Below are positions 1 to 9,663 of a stretch of DNA of 64,000 nucleotides, piece after piece. The position numbers were made by a program, and so were the translations under genes. The stretch lies in NCBI GenBank assembly GCA_017396465.1, contig JAFQLU010000131.1, positions 7,065 through 71,064 on the forward strand, given 5' to 3'. The first letter of the stretch is position 1, and each line of letters opens with the position of its first letter. Origin of the DNA: Clostridia bacterium. Lineage in GTDB: Bacteria; Bacillota; Clostridia; UBA1381; UBA9506. The notes beneath the pieces were generated by a model, which was not told the origin of the DNA, ran no database searches, and saw only the letters and a list, made by a program, of their open reading frames with translations.

Positions 1-3000
1 CTTAATGTATTCCCATTTTGCATCGGTAACCGTTTTGCCCCATTCCTGCTCTAAACGCTTAAATGCCGGCTCAGACAGATAATAGTAGTTGAAGGTTTCC
101 AGCGTTTTGTCTGCGCTGTAGTTTCCGCTTTCGTCGAAGAGCCATTCAGCATTTAAGGTAGTGTTCAGATCTAAGAAGGTAACGCCTAATGTGTCTGCTA
201 CCTGGCTCATGGCGATAGCACGGTTCTGCAGAGAAGTGTAATTTTCCTTACATTCCGGAATGGTGGAAACTAAAATCGGTGTTGCGCCTTTTTCCAGAAT
301 GGTTGTGCAGAACATGGTGAGGTTATCTTTATACTGCTCAATGGTAGTACCTTTTCCGGTTTCGGAAATGTTATAGAAATCGTTAAGACCGAAGTTGATG
401 ATAACATAATCGCCCGGCTCAATGGCTTTCTTCACATTATCCCAAAGTCCTAAGGTCTGATAGGTCTTGGTGGAAGCGCCGCCTCTTGCGTGGTTTGCAA
501 CATTGATGTTTTCATCAAAATGCTCACCGATATATACGCCCCAGCCCTGCTGCGGGAATGCGGTATCATTATAGCCAACACAAACAGAGTCGCCCATCAG
601 ATGCAGATTGATTTTTCTCTTTTCAATATCGGTCACAATTATCTCCGAAGCTACCGGCTTTAATGAAGCCAAAGATTCCCATGCAAGGACCTTGATACGG
701 TCGGGTGCTTCTGCGTTGGATACGGTCATAACAACATTGTTGATGCCGTCTGCAGCCTTTGTGCCGACGCCAACCAGCTTATTGCCCTTATATAATGCTG
801 CGTAAACGGTGCCGGTCACGGGAGCATCAAAGGATGCTTCGATGTTGGTCTGGATATCAGTTGCTAAAGCCGTGTTTGCGGCAGATTTGCGGAACGCAAA
901 GCCATATACACGGGCTGTTCCTGAGGTGTATGTTCTGGTTGTACGGGAAACGGTGATATTATGATATCCCTTTTTCAGGAACATCGGTTCTGTGGAAACC
1001 GCTTCGCCCATAGCGCTTGCGGGGGTGCCAACAGCGTAGCAGTTTGTCAGTCCGTCTACGGAGAATAAGAATTCTACGGTGTTGTTGGAGCTAGTGAAGA
1101 ATGCAGAGAAGTCATAATGACCGGTTTCTTCTGCGTATACGGTGTAGGTATATTTTGCACTCTGATGGATGATAATGTTTCTCAGGTTGGTGTATGCACC
1201 ACGGTCCAGCTTCTGGATTTTTTCGGAGTTGGACTGATAATACTGTGTGGGGAAATACCAGCCTGTGTTGATGTTTTGCATGTCACTGAAATCCCATGCA
1301 GGAATCACGGTTTCATCTGTGATGTCTGCGGAGATTGCACCATCGCTCACGCGAACGGATAAAGAGTTTACTTCGCAAAGCTCCGTAGCTTTGATGGTAA
1401 CGGTGTGAACACCGGGCTCTAAATACACCAGACCATTTGTCAGTTTACGGTCTAAATAGTTGGTGGAAGCGGCTGAATTGTTATGCGCGTAAGACATATC
1501 GTCGTACATCACATTGGAAATATCGGTTTCGCCGTCTAAATATACTTTGGTGGTGGTCTGCGCCGCTTTGATATTGCCATAGAAGGTGTAGTAGCCTGCT
1601 TCTTCGATGTCTACAAGGAGGGTCAGCTCGCCGCCGCCTAAGATGTGGTAACGGTTGTCTGCGAAGAGAATTTTACCGTAGGAAACAGAGGTTTTGTTTA
1701 AAGGAACATTGGTAATCAGGTTCTGTTTGCTTACGGGAATTGCTTCGTAAGCAGAAAGTGTGGTGTCCTCTTTTTCTGCATCAGCAATGGTGAAGGAAAC
1801 GGGGCATAAAACTGCGCTTTCCGATGTGTTGGTTAAGGTAACGGTGTGCGTGCCTTCGGAAACAGTCTGGTTTTCCAAAAGCTTGCAGAAACCGTTCAAC
1901 GTTCCGGAAACGGGTGCGTTTTCGTCTAACTGACAGGTGTAATTTACGGTATCCCCTGTGGATTTTAAACCGGACAGGAAAATATCCAAAGGACGGTCGC
2001 CTGCCGCTTTAAAGGAAAAGCTTACAGATTCGCCGTTTTCCAAGGTGAAATAATCGTTATTTAACGAAACACCTTCGCCTGCCGTGATGTTTGCTGTTTC
2101 AACGGAAGCGGGCAGCTTTGTTGCATCTGCGGTGATGGCTTCTGTTGTAGCTTCCACGCGAAGGTCATAGAGATAGCGGCCGCGCGTTGTGGTGATTTTT
2201 AAAGAAGTAATGCCTTCAGAGAGGGCAAACACGCCCAGCTCGTCCCAAGTATCTTTACCTGTGTTGCTCTGGGTGGTCAGCTCTAAAGCCTCTACGGGGG
2301 ATTCGTAAACCACTAAATCATTTAAAGAAGCTTTAAAGGAGAGGTTTGCGGTACCGGAGGGGTTGGAGGACCACACGTATCCTGCAGAACGCAGGCTGAT
2401 ACGATAGTTCTGCGCTTTTGTGATGTTTAAGTTGTAGGTTGCGGTTCTTCCGCTTTCCAAGTGGAATTGTCTGGTCTTGGTAAGACCGTTGGGGGCATTG
2501 AAGTAGGTAAAGCCCTCGGACAAGGTCACACCTTTGCTGATTTCGCCATTTACATGGTTCGGGGCGGTTACGGAGCTATATTCAAAATAGTCCGCAGGGA
2601 TAATACCGGTCTTGCCGTCGCCGATTGTGATGTCTGTTCCGCGCAGATCCACATATTTGATGGATGTGGCATTCAAAGCGGTAAGAGACAGAGTACATGC
2701 ACCCTTATACAGATAAACGGAACCGGATTTCTGCACCGGAGTTGCACCAACACGGGTGTAGTTATATTTGTGTCCTCTTGCGTCTTTGTCTGTTCCGCCT
2801 AAGGTCACAGAATAGTCAGAATCTGTTCCTGCCACAGAAGCTGTCTGCGTGAAAACGGCAGAATAGGCATTTTCTGCGGCATCTTCTTTGTTTACAAACA
2901 AAGCATAGTTTCCGGTTTTGGGAACGGTGAAGGTGATGTCTCTTGCCGTTTCTTTGGCAAAAGCCTTGTCTGTAAATGTGATACGGTGAAAGGTTTCGCC

Positions 3001-3102
3001 TAAAAGCTCCTCTGTGTATGCATTTTCCGCATATGCCACGGGGACAAAGCAGGAAAGAGCAATGAGAAGAAAGCTTAAGGTAAAAGATATGAATTTTTTC
3101 AT
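1..3102 (-). CDS. Large secreted multi-domain protein with a C-terminal-region SGNH rhamnogalacturonan acetylesterase-like (CE12) domain; 3' end runs off the window
   Basis: Absent from the ORF track (no stop in window). ATG at 3102 after GGAGGAG; signal peptide MKKFISFTLSFLLIALSCFVPVAYA; open for 1034 codons; motifs LMGDS (nt 586-600), QQGWG, NHARGGASTK, PGDYVIINFGLND. Confidence 0.85.
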   Translation of the reverse strand, partial: MKKFISFTLSFLLIALSCFVPVAYAENAYTEELLGETFHRITFTDKAFAKETARDITFTVPKTGNYALFVNKEDAAENAYSAVFTQTASVAGTDSDYSVTLGGTDKDARGHKYNYTRVGATPVQKSGSVYLYKGACTLSLTALNATSIKYVDLRGTDITIGDGKTGIIPADYFEYSSVTAPNHVNGEISKGVTLSEGFTYFNAPNGLTKTRQFHLESGRTATYNLNITKAQNYRISLRSAGYVWSSNPSGTANLSFKASLNDLVVYESPVEALELTTQSNTGKDTWDELGVFALSEGITSLKITTTRGRYLYDLRVEATTEAITADATKLPASVETANITAGEGVSLNNDYFTLENGESVSFSFKAAGDRPLDIFLSGLKSTGDTVNYTCQLDENAPVSGTLNGFCKLLENQTVSEGTHTVTLTNTSESAVLCPVSFTIADAEKEDTTLSAYEAIPVSKQNLITNVPLNKTSVSYGKILFADNRYHILGGGELTLLVDIEEAGYYTFYGNIKAAQTTTKVYLDGETDISNVMYDDMSYAHNNSAASTNYLDRKLTNGLVYLEPGVHTVTIKATELCEVNSLSVRVSDGAISADITDETVIPAWDFSDMQNINTGWYFPTQYYQSNSEKIQKLDRGAYTNLRNIIIHQSAKYTYTVYAEETGHYDFSAFFTSSNNTVEFLFSVDGLTNCYAVGTPASAMGEAVSTEPMFLKKGYHNITVSRTTRTYTSGTARVYGFAFRKSAANTALATDIQTNIEASFDAPVTGTVYAALYKGNKLVGVGTKAADGINNVVMTVSNAEAPDRIKVLAWESLASLKPVASEIIVTDIEKRKINLHLMGDSVCVGYNDTAFPQQGWGVYIGEHFDENINVANHARGGASTKTYQTLGLWDNVKKAIEPGDYVIINFGLNDFYNISETGKGTTIEQYKDNLTMFCTTILEKGATPILVSTIPECKENYTSLQNRAIAMSQVADTLGVTFLDLNTTLNAEWLFDESGNYSADKTLETFNYYYLSEPAFKRLEQEWGKTVTDAKWEYIK

Positions 3103-3202
3103 TTTCTCTCCTCCTCAGGATAAATTATTACAATTTTAGTATATCACACATTTGCTTTCTTGAAAAGGTTATTTTGATGTATTTTTATGTAAAATTTGTG
3201 CC

Positions 3203-3247
3203 AAAAAGAGCACCTCGCCGATTTGGCGAAGTGCCCTTGATTTTTTT
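3203..3247 (-). terminator. Rho-independent terminator after glgP
   Basis: gcacctcgcc-gattt-ggcgaagtgc hairpin flanked by A and T runs. Confidence 0.7.
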
Positions 3248-3255
3248 ATATGCGA

Positions 3256-5664
3256 TTATTTCACCGGTTTTGTATGCCAGATGTTTTCTGCATAGTCGGT
3301 TACGCTTCGGTCGGAAGCGAAGATACCGGCATTTGCAATGTTTCTAAGAGACATTCTGGTGAAACGGTCGGTGTCAGCATAGGTGGATTCTACGTGTCTG
3401 TGTGCGTCGCAGTAGGAATCAAAGTCAGCCATGGTCATGTAGGGGTCGGAGAACATCAGATAGTTATAGATGCTGTCGAAGTTCTTGCCGCCGATGCCGC
3501 CTGCTTTGATAAACTCTAATACATCACGCAGAGACTGGCTTGCGTTGTAGTAATCCTGTGGACGGTAGCCGCGGGCATAGAGCTCGTTTACCTGAGGCGT
3601 TGTAAGACCGAACAGGAAAATGTTATCGTCGCCAACTGCTTCGTGAATTTCCACGTTTGCACCGTCTAAAGTACCTAAGGTTACGGCACCGTTAATCATT
3701 AGCTTCATGTTACCGGTACCGGATGCTTCCTTACCTGCCTGGGAAATCTGTTCGCTGATATCGGCAGAGGGAATGATGATTTCCGCTAAAGATACCTTAT
3801 AGTCTGCGATGAATACAACTTTAATGTAATCACGCACCTCGGGGTCACGCTCAATCATATCGGAAACGGCACAAATCAGGCGGATGATTTCTTTTGCCAT
3901 AAAGTAGCCTGCAGAAGCCTTTGCCGCAAAGATATAGGTCTGGGGCTGTGCGCGGAAACCGTGGAACTTGATTTTGCGATACAGGTCGATAATCTGCAGA
4001 ACATTCAGAAGCTGACGCTTGTATTCATGCAGTCTCTTTACCTGAACGTCGAAAATGGAATCGCAGTTCACAATCATACCGTTTTTGTGCGCAATATATT
4101 TTGCCAGACGTTCTTTGTTTGCGCGCTTGATTTCGCGCAGACGTGCCAAAACTTCCTGATCATCGGCATATGCGTTAAACTGTTCGATGTTTGCCAGACT
4201 CTTTTTGAATCCGTCGCCGATTTTTTCGCTGAGCAGTTCGGAAAGCAGGGGATTGGACTGGCAGAGCCAACGTCTGTGAGTGATACCGTTTGTCACATTG
4301 GTGAACTTATCAGGGTACACAATGTTGAAATCGTGGAAGGTGTCTGCCTTTAAGATTTCGGAGTGCAACTTGGAAACACCGTTTACGCTGTAGCTACCTG
4401 CGATACACAGATTTGCCATCTTCACAAAGCCATCGGAAATGATTGCCATTTTGTCGATAGAACCTGCCAGCTCTGCGTGATTTGTGTAGATAAACTGGCA
4501 GAATCTGCGGTTGATTTCTTCGATGATGGTGAAGATTCTGGGCAGGTGAGAGCGCACCAGGTCAATGGGCCATTTTTCCAGCGCTTCGCTCATAACCGTG
4601 TGGTTGGTGTACGCCAATGTCTTCGATGTGATTTCCCATGCATCGTCCCAGAGGTATCCGTAGTCGTCCATTAAAATACGCATCAGTTCGGGTACGCAGA
4701 GGGAGGGATGGGTATCGTTGATATGAATCACGGCTTTATCGGCTAAATTGTCGAAGGTGCCGTATTTTTTATAATGCTGCTTGGTAATCTGCTGCAGGGA
4801 TGCACTGACGAAGAAATACTGCTGCTTCAGACGCAGAGATTTTCCTTCCATCTTGTCATCGGCAGGATATAATACCTTGGAGATGGAGCTTGCAATTGCT
4901 TCTTCCTTGGTGGACTCTAAATAATGTCCCTGGGAGAACTGCTCCATATCGAAGCCGGAGGTGCTCTTTGCGCACCACAGACGCAATTTATTTACTGCCT
5001 CTGTGTCGTAGCCGGAAATGAACAGGTCATAGGGAACTGCCAGCACACTGACATAGTCCTTGTGCTCTGTGGTTAAACCCTTATCCGTCCAATGCTCTTC
5101 TACGTTTCCGAAAAAGTGCACTTCGATTTCCTCGTCCTGACGGCGGTTCAGCCAGTAGCCTGCTTTGTCAATCCAGCTGTCGGGGAACTCGTTCTGCCAA
5201 CCGTCGATGATAACCTGCTTGAAGATACCAAACTCATAGCGGATGGAAAATCCGGTCATGGGATATCCCAAAGAGGTCATGGAATCCATGTAGCAGGATG
5301 CCAGTCTTCCCAGACCGCCGTTACCTAAACCTGCATCGGGTTCCATTTCGTAAAATTCTTCAATATCATAGCCGTTTTCAGCAAGATATGCTTTGATGTC
5401 TTCTTCCACACCTAAGTTCCACAGATTGTTTTTTAAGGATGTTCCAACCAAGAACTCCATGGACATATAATAAACCTGCTTTGCTTCTGTGTCTTTCACT
5501 TTTCTGGAAAAGGCAGAACGCTTTTCCTTTAAGATGCTGTTGGTAGCGAGCATGATAGCTTCGTACACCTGTTTTTTGGTGCCGGTAGCAAGGTCAGTAC
5601 CGAAGTTTACCTCCATGATGTTTTCAATGTTGCTTGTCAGCTTCTGTGTTACAGTGTTTTTCAA
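3256..5664 (-). CDS. glgP: Glycogen phosphorylase
   Basis: GLGNGGLGRLASC, INDTHP, VKRLHEYKRQLLN, EASGTGNMK; TTG start with GGAG RBS. Confidence 0.97.
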   Translation of the reverse strand: MKNTVTQKLTSNIENIMEVNFGTDLATGTKKQVYEAIMLATNSILKEKRSAFSRKVKDTEAKQVYYMSMEFLVGTSLKNNLWNLGVEEDIKAYLAENGYDIEEFYEMEPDAGLGNGGLGRLASCYMDSMTSLGYPMTGFSIRYEFGIFKQVIIDGWQNEFPDSWIDKAGYWLNRRQDEEIEVHFFGNVEEHWTDKGLTTEHKDYVSVLAVPYDLFISGYDTEAVNKLRLWCAKSTSGFDMEQFSQGHYLESTKEEAIASSISKVLYPADDKMEGKSLRLKQQYFFVSASLQQITKQHYKKYGTFDNLADKAVIHINDTHPSLCVPELMRILMDDYGYLWDDAWEITSKTLAYTNHTVMSEALEKWPIDLVRSHLPRIFTIIEEINRRFCQFIYTNHAELAGSIDKMAIISDGFVKMANLCIAGSYSVNGVSKLHSEILKADTFHDFNIVYPDKFTNVTNGITHRRWLCQSNPLLSELLSEKIGDGFKKSLANIEQFNAYADDQEVLARLREIKRANKERLAKYIAHKNGMIVNCDSIFDVQVKRLHEYKRQLLNVLQIIDLYRKIKFHGFRAQPQTYIFAAKASAGYFMAKEIIRLICAVSDMIERDPEVRDYIKVVFIADYKVSLAEIIIPSADISEQISQAGKEASGTGNMKLMINGAVTLGTLDGANVEIHEAVGDDNIFLFGLTTPQVNELYARGYRPQDYYNASQSLRDVLEFIKAGGIGGKNFDSIYNYLMFSDPYMTMADFDSYCDAHRHVESTYADTDRFTRMSLRNIANAGIFASDRSVTDYAENIWHTKPVK

Positions 5665-5676
5665 TTGGGTTGCTCC

Positions 5677-7104
5677 TTATTTTGATATGATTTCTTTATA
5701 AATTTCCAGATATTCTTTTGCCGGTTTTTCCCAGCTGTAGTCACCGCTCATAGCATTCTTGCGGATGTTACGCCAATGGGGCTTGTTGTGGAACAGGTCC
5801 ACAGCGCGGCGGATGGCATCCAGCATATCGTATGCATTGTAGCTCTGGAAGGTGATACCGGTACCGGTTTTGGTTTCGGGGTTATAAGCTTCTACGGTGT
5901 CATGCAGACCGCCGACGGAGTGCACAATCGGAATGGTGCCGTACCGCATAGCAATCAGCTGCGACAGACCGCAGGGCTCTGTTTTGGAGGGCATCAGGAA
6001 CAAATCTGCGCCGGCATAAATCTTCTGCGCCATCTGGGCAGAGAAGCCAATGTAGCCGCGGATTTTGTCGTGCCGTGCCTGCTCCCAGGAATAGAAAAAG
6101 CTTTCGAAGTGACTGTCGCCTGTTCCAAGTGCAATCAGCTGAATGGGAAGGTCAGAAATCTCGTTCATCACTTCGCACAGAAGGTCAATGCCCTTCTGGG
6201 AGGTGAGACGGGTTACCATACCGATAACCGGAACATCGTTGGTTTCGGGAAGTCCCATTTCCTTCTGCAGAGCTTTTTTGTTAAAGGACTTGAAGCGGAT
6301 AGAGCTATAATCATATTTTCTGTAAATTGCTTCGTCGGTTTCGGGGTTAAAGGTGTTGGTATCAATCCCGTTCACCACGCCGCGGAGCTTATAGCTTCTG
6401 GGTCCTAAAATGTTGTGAAGACCGAAAGAATAGTCCGGTCCTAAAATTTCCTGTGCGTAGGTGCGGCTCACGGTGGTTACCATGTCTGCTGCTTCAATAC
6501 CGCCCTTTAAGAGATTGATGTCGCCGTCATACAACAGCTGGGAGCGGCAGTTCACATCCAGACCAAAGATGCTTCCTAAGATAATAGGATTGTATTTTCC
6601 CTGGAACTCAATGTTGTGAATGGAAAGCACGGTTTTAATGTTTGCATAGCGTGCATCGCCGCGGTAAAATGCGTTAAGGTAAACGGGCAGAAGTGCTGTC
6701 TGCCAGTCGTTCACATGAATCACATCCGGGAAGAAGTTCACCAGATTAATCACATCCAATACCGCTTTGGAGAAAAATGCAAACCGTTCGGAATCATCGT
6801 ATTCCCCATAAGCTTTGGGACGGTCAAAGTATTGCTCATTATCTACGAAATAATATGTCACTTTGCCTACTGTTGCTGTAAACACGCCGCAATAGGTCTT
6901 TCGCCAACTGATGGAAACCTCAAAGTTTCCCAAGTATTTCATCTGACTTTTTAAATCGTGGCTGATGGAGGAATATAAAGGCATGATAACGCGTGCATCA
7001 ACGCCGGTTTCGGCCAAAGCCTTCGGCAGAGCACCGATTACATCGCCTAAACCGCCTGTTTTCATAAACGGAGCGGCTTCGGATGCTGCAAATAAAACCT
7101 TCAT
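5677..7104 (-). CDS. glgA: Glycogen synthase
   Basis: KTGGLGDV, HVNDWQ, EPCGLSQ; start moved to MKVLF at 7104 (AGAAAGGA RBS). Confidence 0.97.
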   Translation of the reverse strand: MKVLFAASEAAPFMKTGGLGDVIGALPKALAETGVDARVIMPLYSSISHDLKSQMKYLGNFEVSISWRKTYCGVFTATVGKVTYYFVDNEQYFDRPKAYGEYDDSERFAFFSKAVLDVINLVNFFPDVIHVNDWQTALLPVYLNAFYRGDARYANIKTVLSIHNIEFQGKYNPIILGSIFGLDVNCRSQLLYDGDINLLKGGIEAADMVTTVSRTYAQEILGPDYSFGLHNILGPRSYKLRGVVNGIDTNTFNPETDEAIYRKYDYSSIRFKSFNKKALQKEMGLPETNDVPVIGMVTRLTSQKGIDLLCEVMNEISDLPIQLIALGTGDSHFESFFYSWEQARHDKIRGYIGFSAQMAQKIYAGADLFLMPSKTEPCGLSQLIAMRYGTIPIVHSVGGLHDTVEAYNPETKTGTGITFQSYNAYDMLDAIRRAVDLFHNKPHWRNIRKNAMSGDYSWEKPAKEYLEIYKEIISK

Positions 7105-7177
7105 ATGGTTCATCCTTTCTATATAAAATCTATTCAAAAATCATAAGACAACTGCCCCATGATATTCTCCACTATAT

Positions 7178-7206
7178 ATTGTAGAGAAAATGAGGCAGTC
7201 TGTCAA
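7178..7206 (-). promoter_or_regulatory. Internal sigma-A promoter for glgA-glgP
   Basis: TTGACA-17bp-TACAAT on minus strand, overlapped by an imperfect inverted repeat at 7151-7199. Confidence 0.65.
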
Positions 7207-7247
7207 TTCTTAAATTGCACAAATCAAAAGGCAAAGATGTGCCTTTA

Positions 7248-8360
7248 TTAAACAATTTTACCCTTATTGATGATTAAAGGCAGGGTATCACAGCCGGAAA
7301 GGGTCTTATTTCCGCGGATTCTTGCATTTTTATCTGCAATCACGCAGTTTAAGGAAGCGTTTTCTTCCACGATGGTATTCTGCATCACGATGGAATTTTT
7401 GATGCAGGCACCCTTTTCTACCTTAACGTTACGGAAGATAATACTGTTTTCCACCTTGCCGTTGATGGTACAGCCGTCAGCAATGTAGCTGTTTGAAACT
7501 TCGGCGTCGTCACCGTATTTGGTGGGAACAGAGTCCTTGATACGGGTTAAGATGGGCTGGTCGGGCTTGAAGATTTCTGCGCGGGTCTCACGGTCCAACA
7601 TTTCCAGGTTGGACTTTAAGTAAATTTCTAAGCTGTCGATCAGCTCGCAGTAGCCGTCATGCTTGTAGCCGAAGATATTAAGCTCTGTGAATTTCTTGGA
7701 GATAACATCCTTGCCGAAATCCTTCCAACCGTAGGTCATACCCCAGTCAATCAGGTCGCACAGAAGTGATTTCTTTAAAAGGAACACATTAAGCGCCACG
7801 GTTTTTTCTGCGTCGGAGCCTCCGGTGTGCATCATAATGTCGTTCACTTTTCCGGTTTCATCCATTTTCAGCTCCATGTCACCGGGTTTTTCCAAAGCAT
7901 CGCGGCACAGAACGGTGAGGTCAGCGCCGTTTGCGATGTGCTTTGCAAACATATCTTTAAAGTCTAAATTCACAACCAGGTTGGCATCTGCGATGATGCA
8001 GTATTCTTCCAGCATGCTGTCGATATAGCCGTGCACACTGCGCAGAATATCAAACTGATTATCGTTTAAAGCGATGGTATCGTTAGCAAAAGGTGTTAAA
8101 ACCTTTAAACCTCCGTTTTTACGGTCTAAATCCCAGTTTTTACCGCTACCGATATGATCCATCAAGGAACCGTAATTACTCTTGGTGATGATACCGATAT
8201 CGGATACGGAAGCACCCACCAGAGCCGACAGCATAAAGTCGATCAGACGGTATCTTGCGCCGAAGGGGATGGAAGCCAGCGTTCTTCTGCCGGACAGCTC
8301 GCTGATTTTGCTGTCGCTGTTATTGTAAGTATCTGTGAATAAAATACAAAATGCATTCAT
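7248..8360 (-). CDS. glgD: Glucose-1-phosphate adenylyltransferase subunit GlgD
   Basis: ASIPFGARYRLIDF, WDLDRKNGG, hexapeptide repeats; follows glgC. Confidence 0.93.
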   Translation of the reverse strand: MNAFCILFTDTYNNSDSKISELSGRRTLASIPFGARYRLIDFMLSALVGASVSDIGIITKSNYGSLMDHIGSGKNWDLDRKNGGLKVLTPFANDTIALNDNQFDILRSVHGYIDSMLEEYCIIADANLVVNLDFKDMFAKHIANGADLTVLCRDALEKPGDMELKMDETGKVNDIMMHTGGSDAEKTVALNVFLLKKSLLCDLIDWGMTYGWKDFGKDVISKKFTELNIFGYKHDGYCELIDSLEIYLKSNLEMLDRETRAEIFKPDQPILTRIKDSVPTKYGDDAEVSNSYIADGCTINGKVENSIIFRNVKVEKGACIKNSIVMQNTIVEENASLNCVIADKNARIRGNKTLSGCDTLPLIINKGKIV

Positions 8361-8419
8361 ATCAAATTAAACTCCATTTCTGCCGCATGGCTTGCGGCGA
8401 TTTTTTTGCCTCAAATATA

Positions 8420-9634
8420 TCAGGATTCTTTTCCGTGTCCGGGAGCAAGCATCTGCTTGGGCAGAATCACTTCGCCGGACCGAACAACGGCACCCTGACC
8501 GACAACGGCAATACCCCAGTCGTCACGGTTGGGATAATCTTCGGGCGGTGCACCGACAATTGCGCCGTCTTCAATCACTGCATCGTCGGCAATGATGGCA
8601 TAGCGTACTTTGGCACCTTTTCCGATTTTCGCGTTCCGCATTACAACGGAATAGGAAATCTCGGCATCTTTTTCTGCTGTCACATCGGAGAACAGAATGG
8701 AGTTGTTCACAATAGATTCCACATCACAGCCCTCGGTAATCATAGAGTTGGTGATGGTGGCATTGTTGCCCACATACTGCGGTGTGGTTAAGGAGTGGCG
8801 GCAGTAAATACGCCACAGAGGATCGCTCAAGTTCAGGGAAATGGTGGGGTTTAAAAGGTCCATGTTTGCTTCCCACAAACTGTTGATGGTACCAACATCC
8901 TTCCAGTAGCCGTCGAAGGGATAAGCAAAAAGCTTTTCGCCTGTGTTCAGCATGTTGGGGATGATGTTTTTACCGAAGTCGTTGGAAGAGCCTTCTGTTT
9001 CTTCGTCTTCGATTAAGTATTTTCTCAGCTTTTCCCATGTGAAAATGTAAACACCCATGGAAGCCTTTGTGGATTTGGGATGCTTGGGTTTTTCTTCGAA
9101 TTCGTAAATAGATAAATCATCATTGGTGTTCATGATACCGAAAGACGACGCTTCATCAATGGGAACATCTAAAACTGCGATGGTGACATCTGCGCCCTTT
9201 TCCTTGTGGAAGTCCAGCATCTTTTTGTAGTCCATTTTGTAAACATGGTCACCGGACAGCACCAAAACGTATTTGGGGGAATACTGCTCGATGAACTGAA
9301 TGTTCTGATAGATGGCGTTTGCAGTACCTTTATACCACTGACCGTCATCGCCGGTTACATAAGGGGGCAGAACCTGAATCCCGCCGCTCATACGGTCTAA
9401 ATCCCAGGGCTGACCTGTTCCGATATATGCGTTTAATTCCATCGGCTTATACTGTGTTAAAACGCCCACTGTGTCTATGCCGGAGTTGGAGCAGTTTGAA
9501 AGTGTAAAGTCAATGATTCTGTATTTACCGCCAAAAGGCACAGCAGGCTTTGCCCGGCTGTTTGTCAATACATACAGTCTGCTTCCCTGCCCGCCGGCAA
9601 GGAGCATTGCAATCATTTCTTTCTTGATTCCCAT
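8420..9634 (-). CDS. glgC: Glucose-1-phosphate adenylyltransferase
   Basis: [38 protein letters not shown]. Confidence 0.97.
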   Translation of the reverse strand: MGIKKEMIAMLLAGGQGSRLYVLTNSRAKPAVPFGGKYRIIDFTLSNCSNSGIDTVGVLTQYKPMELNAYIGTGQPWDLDRMSGGIQVLPPYVTGDDGQWYKGTANAIYQNIQFIEQYSPKYVLVLSGDHVYKMDYKKMLDFHKEKGADVTIAVLDVPIDEASSFGIMNTNDDLSIYEFEEKPKHPKSTKASMGVYIFTWEKLRKYLIEDEETEGSSNDFGKNIIPNMLNTGEKLFAYPFDGYWKDVGTINSLWEANMDLLNPTISLNLSDPLWRIYCRHSLTTPQYVGNNATITNSMITEGCDVESIVNNSILFSDVTAEKDAEISYSVVMRNAKIGKGAKVRYAIIADDAVIEDGAIVGAPPEDYPNRDDWGIAVVGQGAVVRSGEVILPKQMLAPGHGKES

Positions 9635-9663
9635 AACGAGACCTCCTGTTAATATATTGTAGT

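Noticed and set aside
608-2802. Short plus-strand ORFs at the left end
   Set aside because: Antisense to the long minus-strand esterase gene that the track missed.
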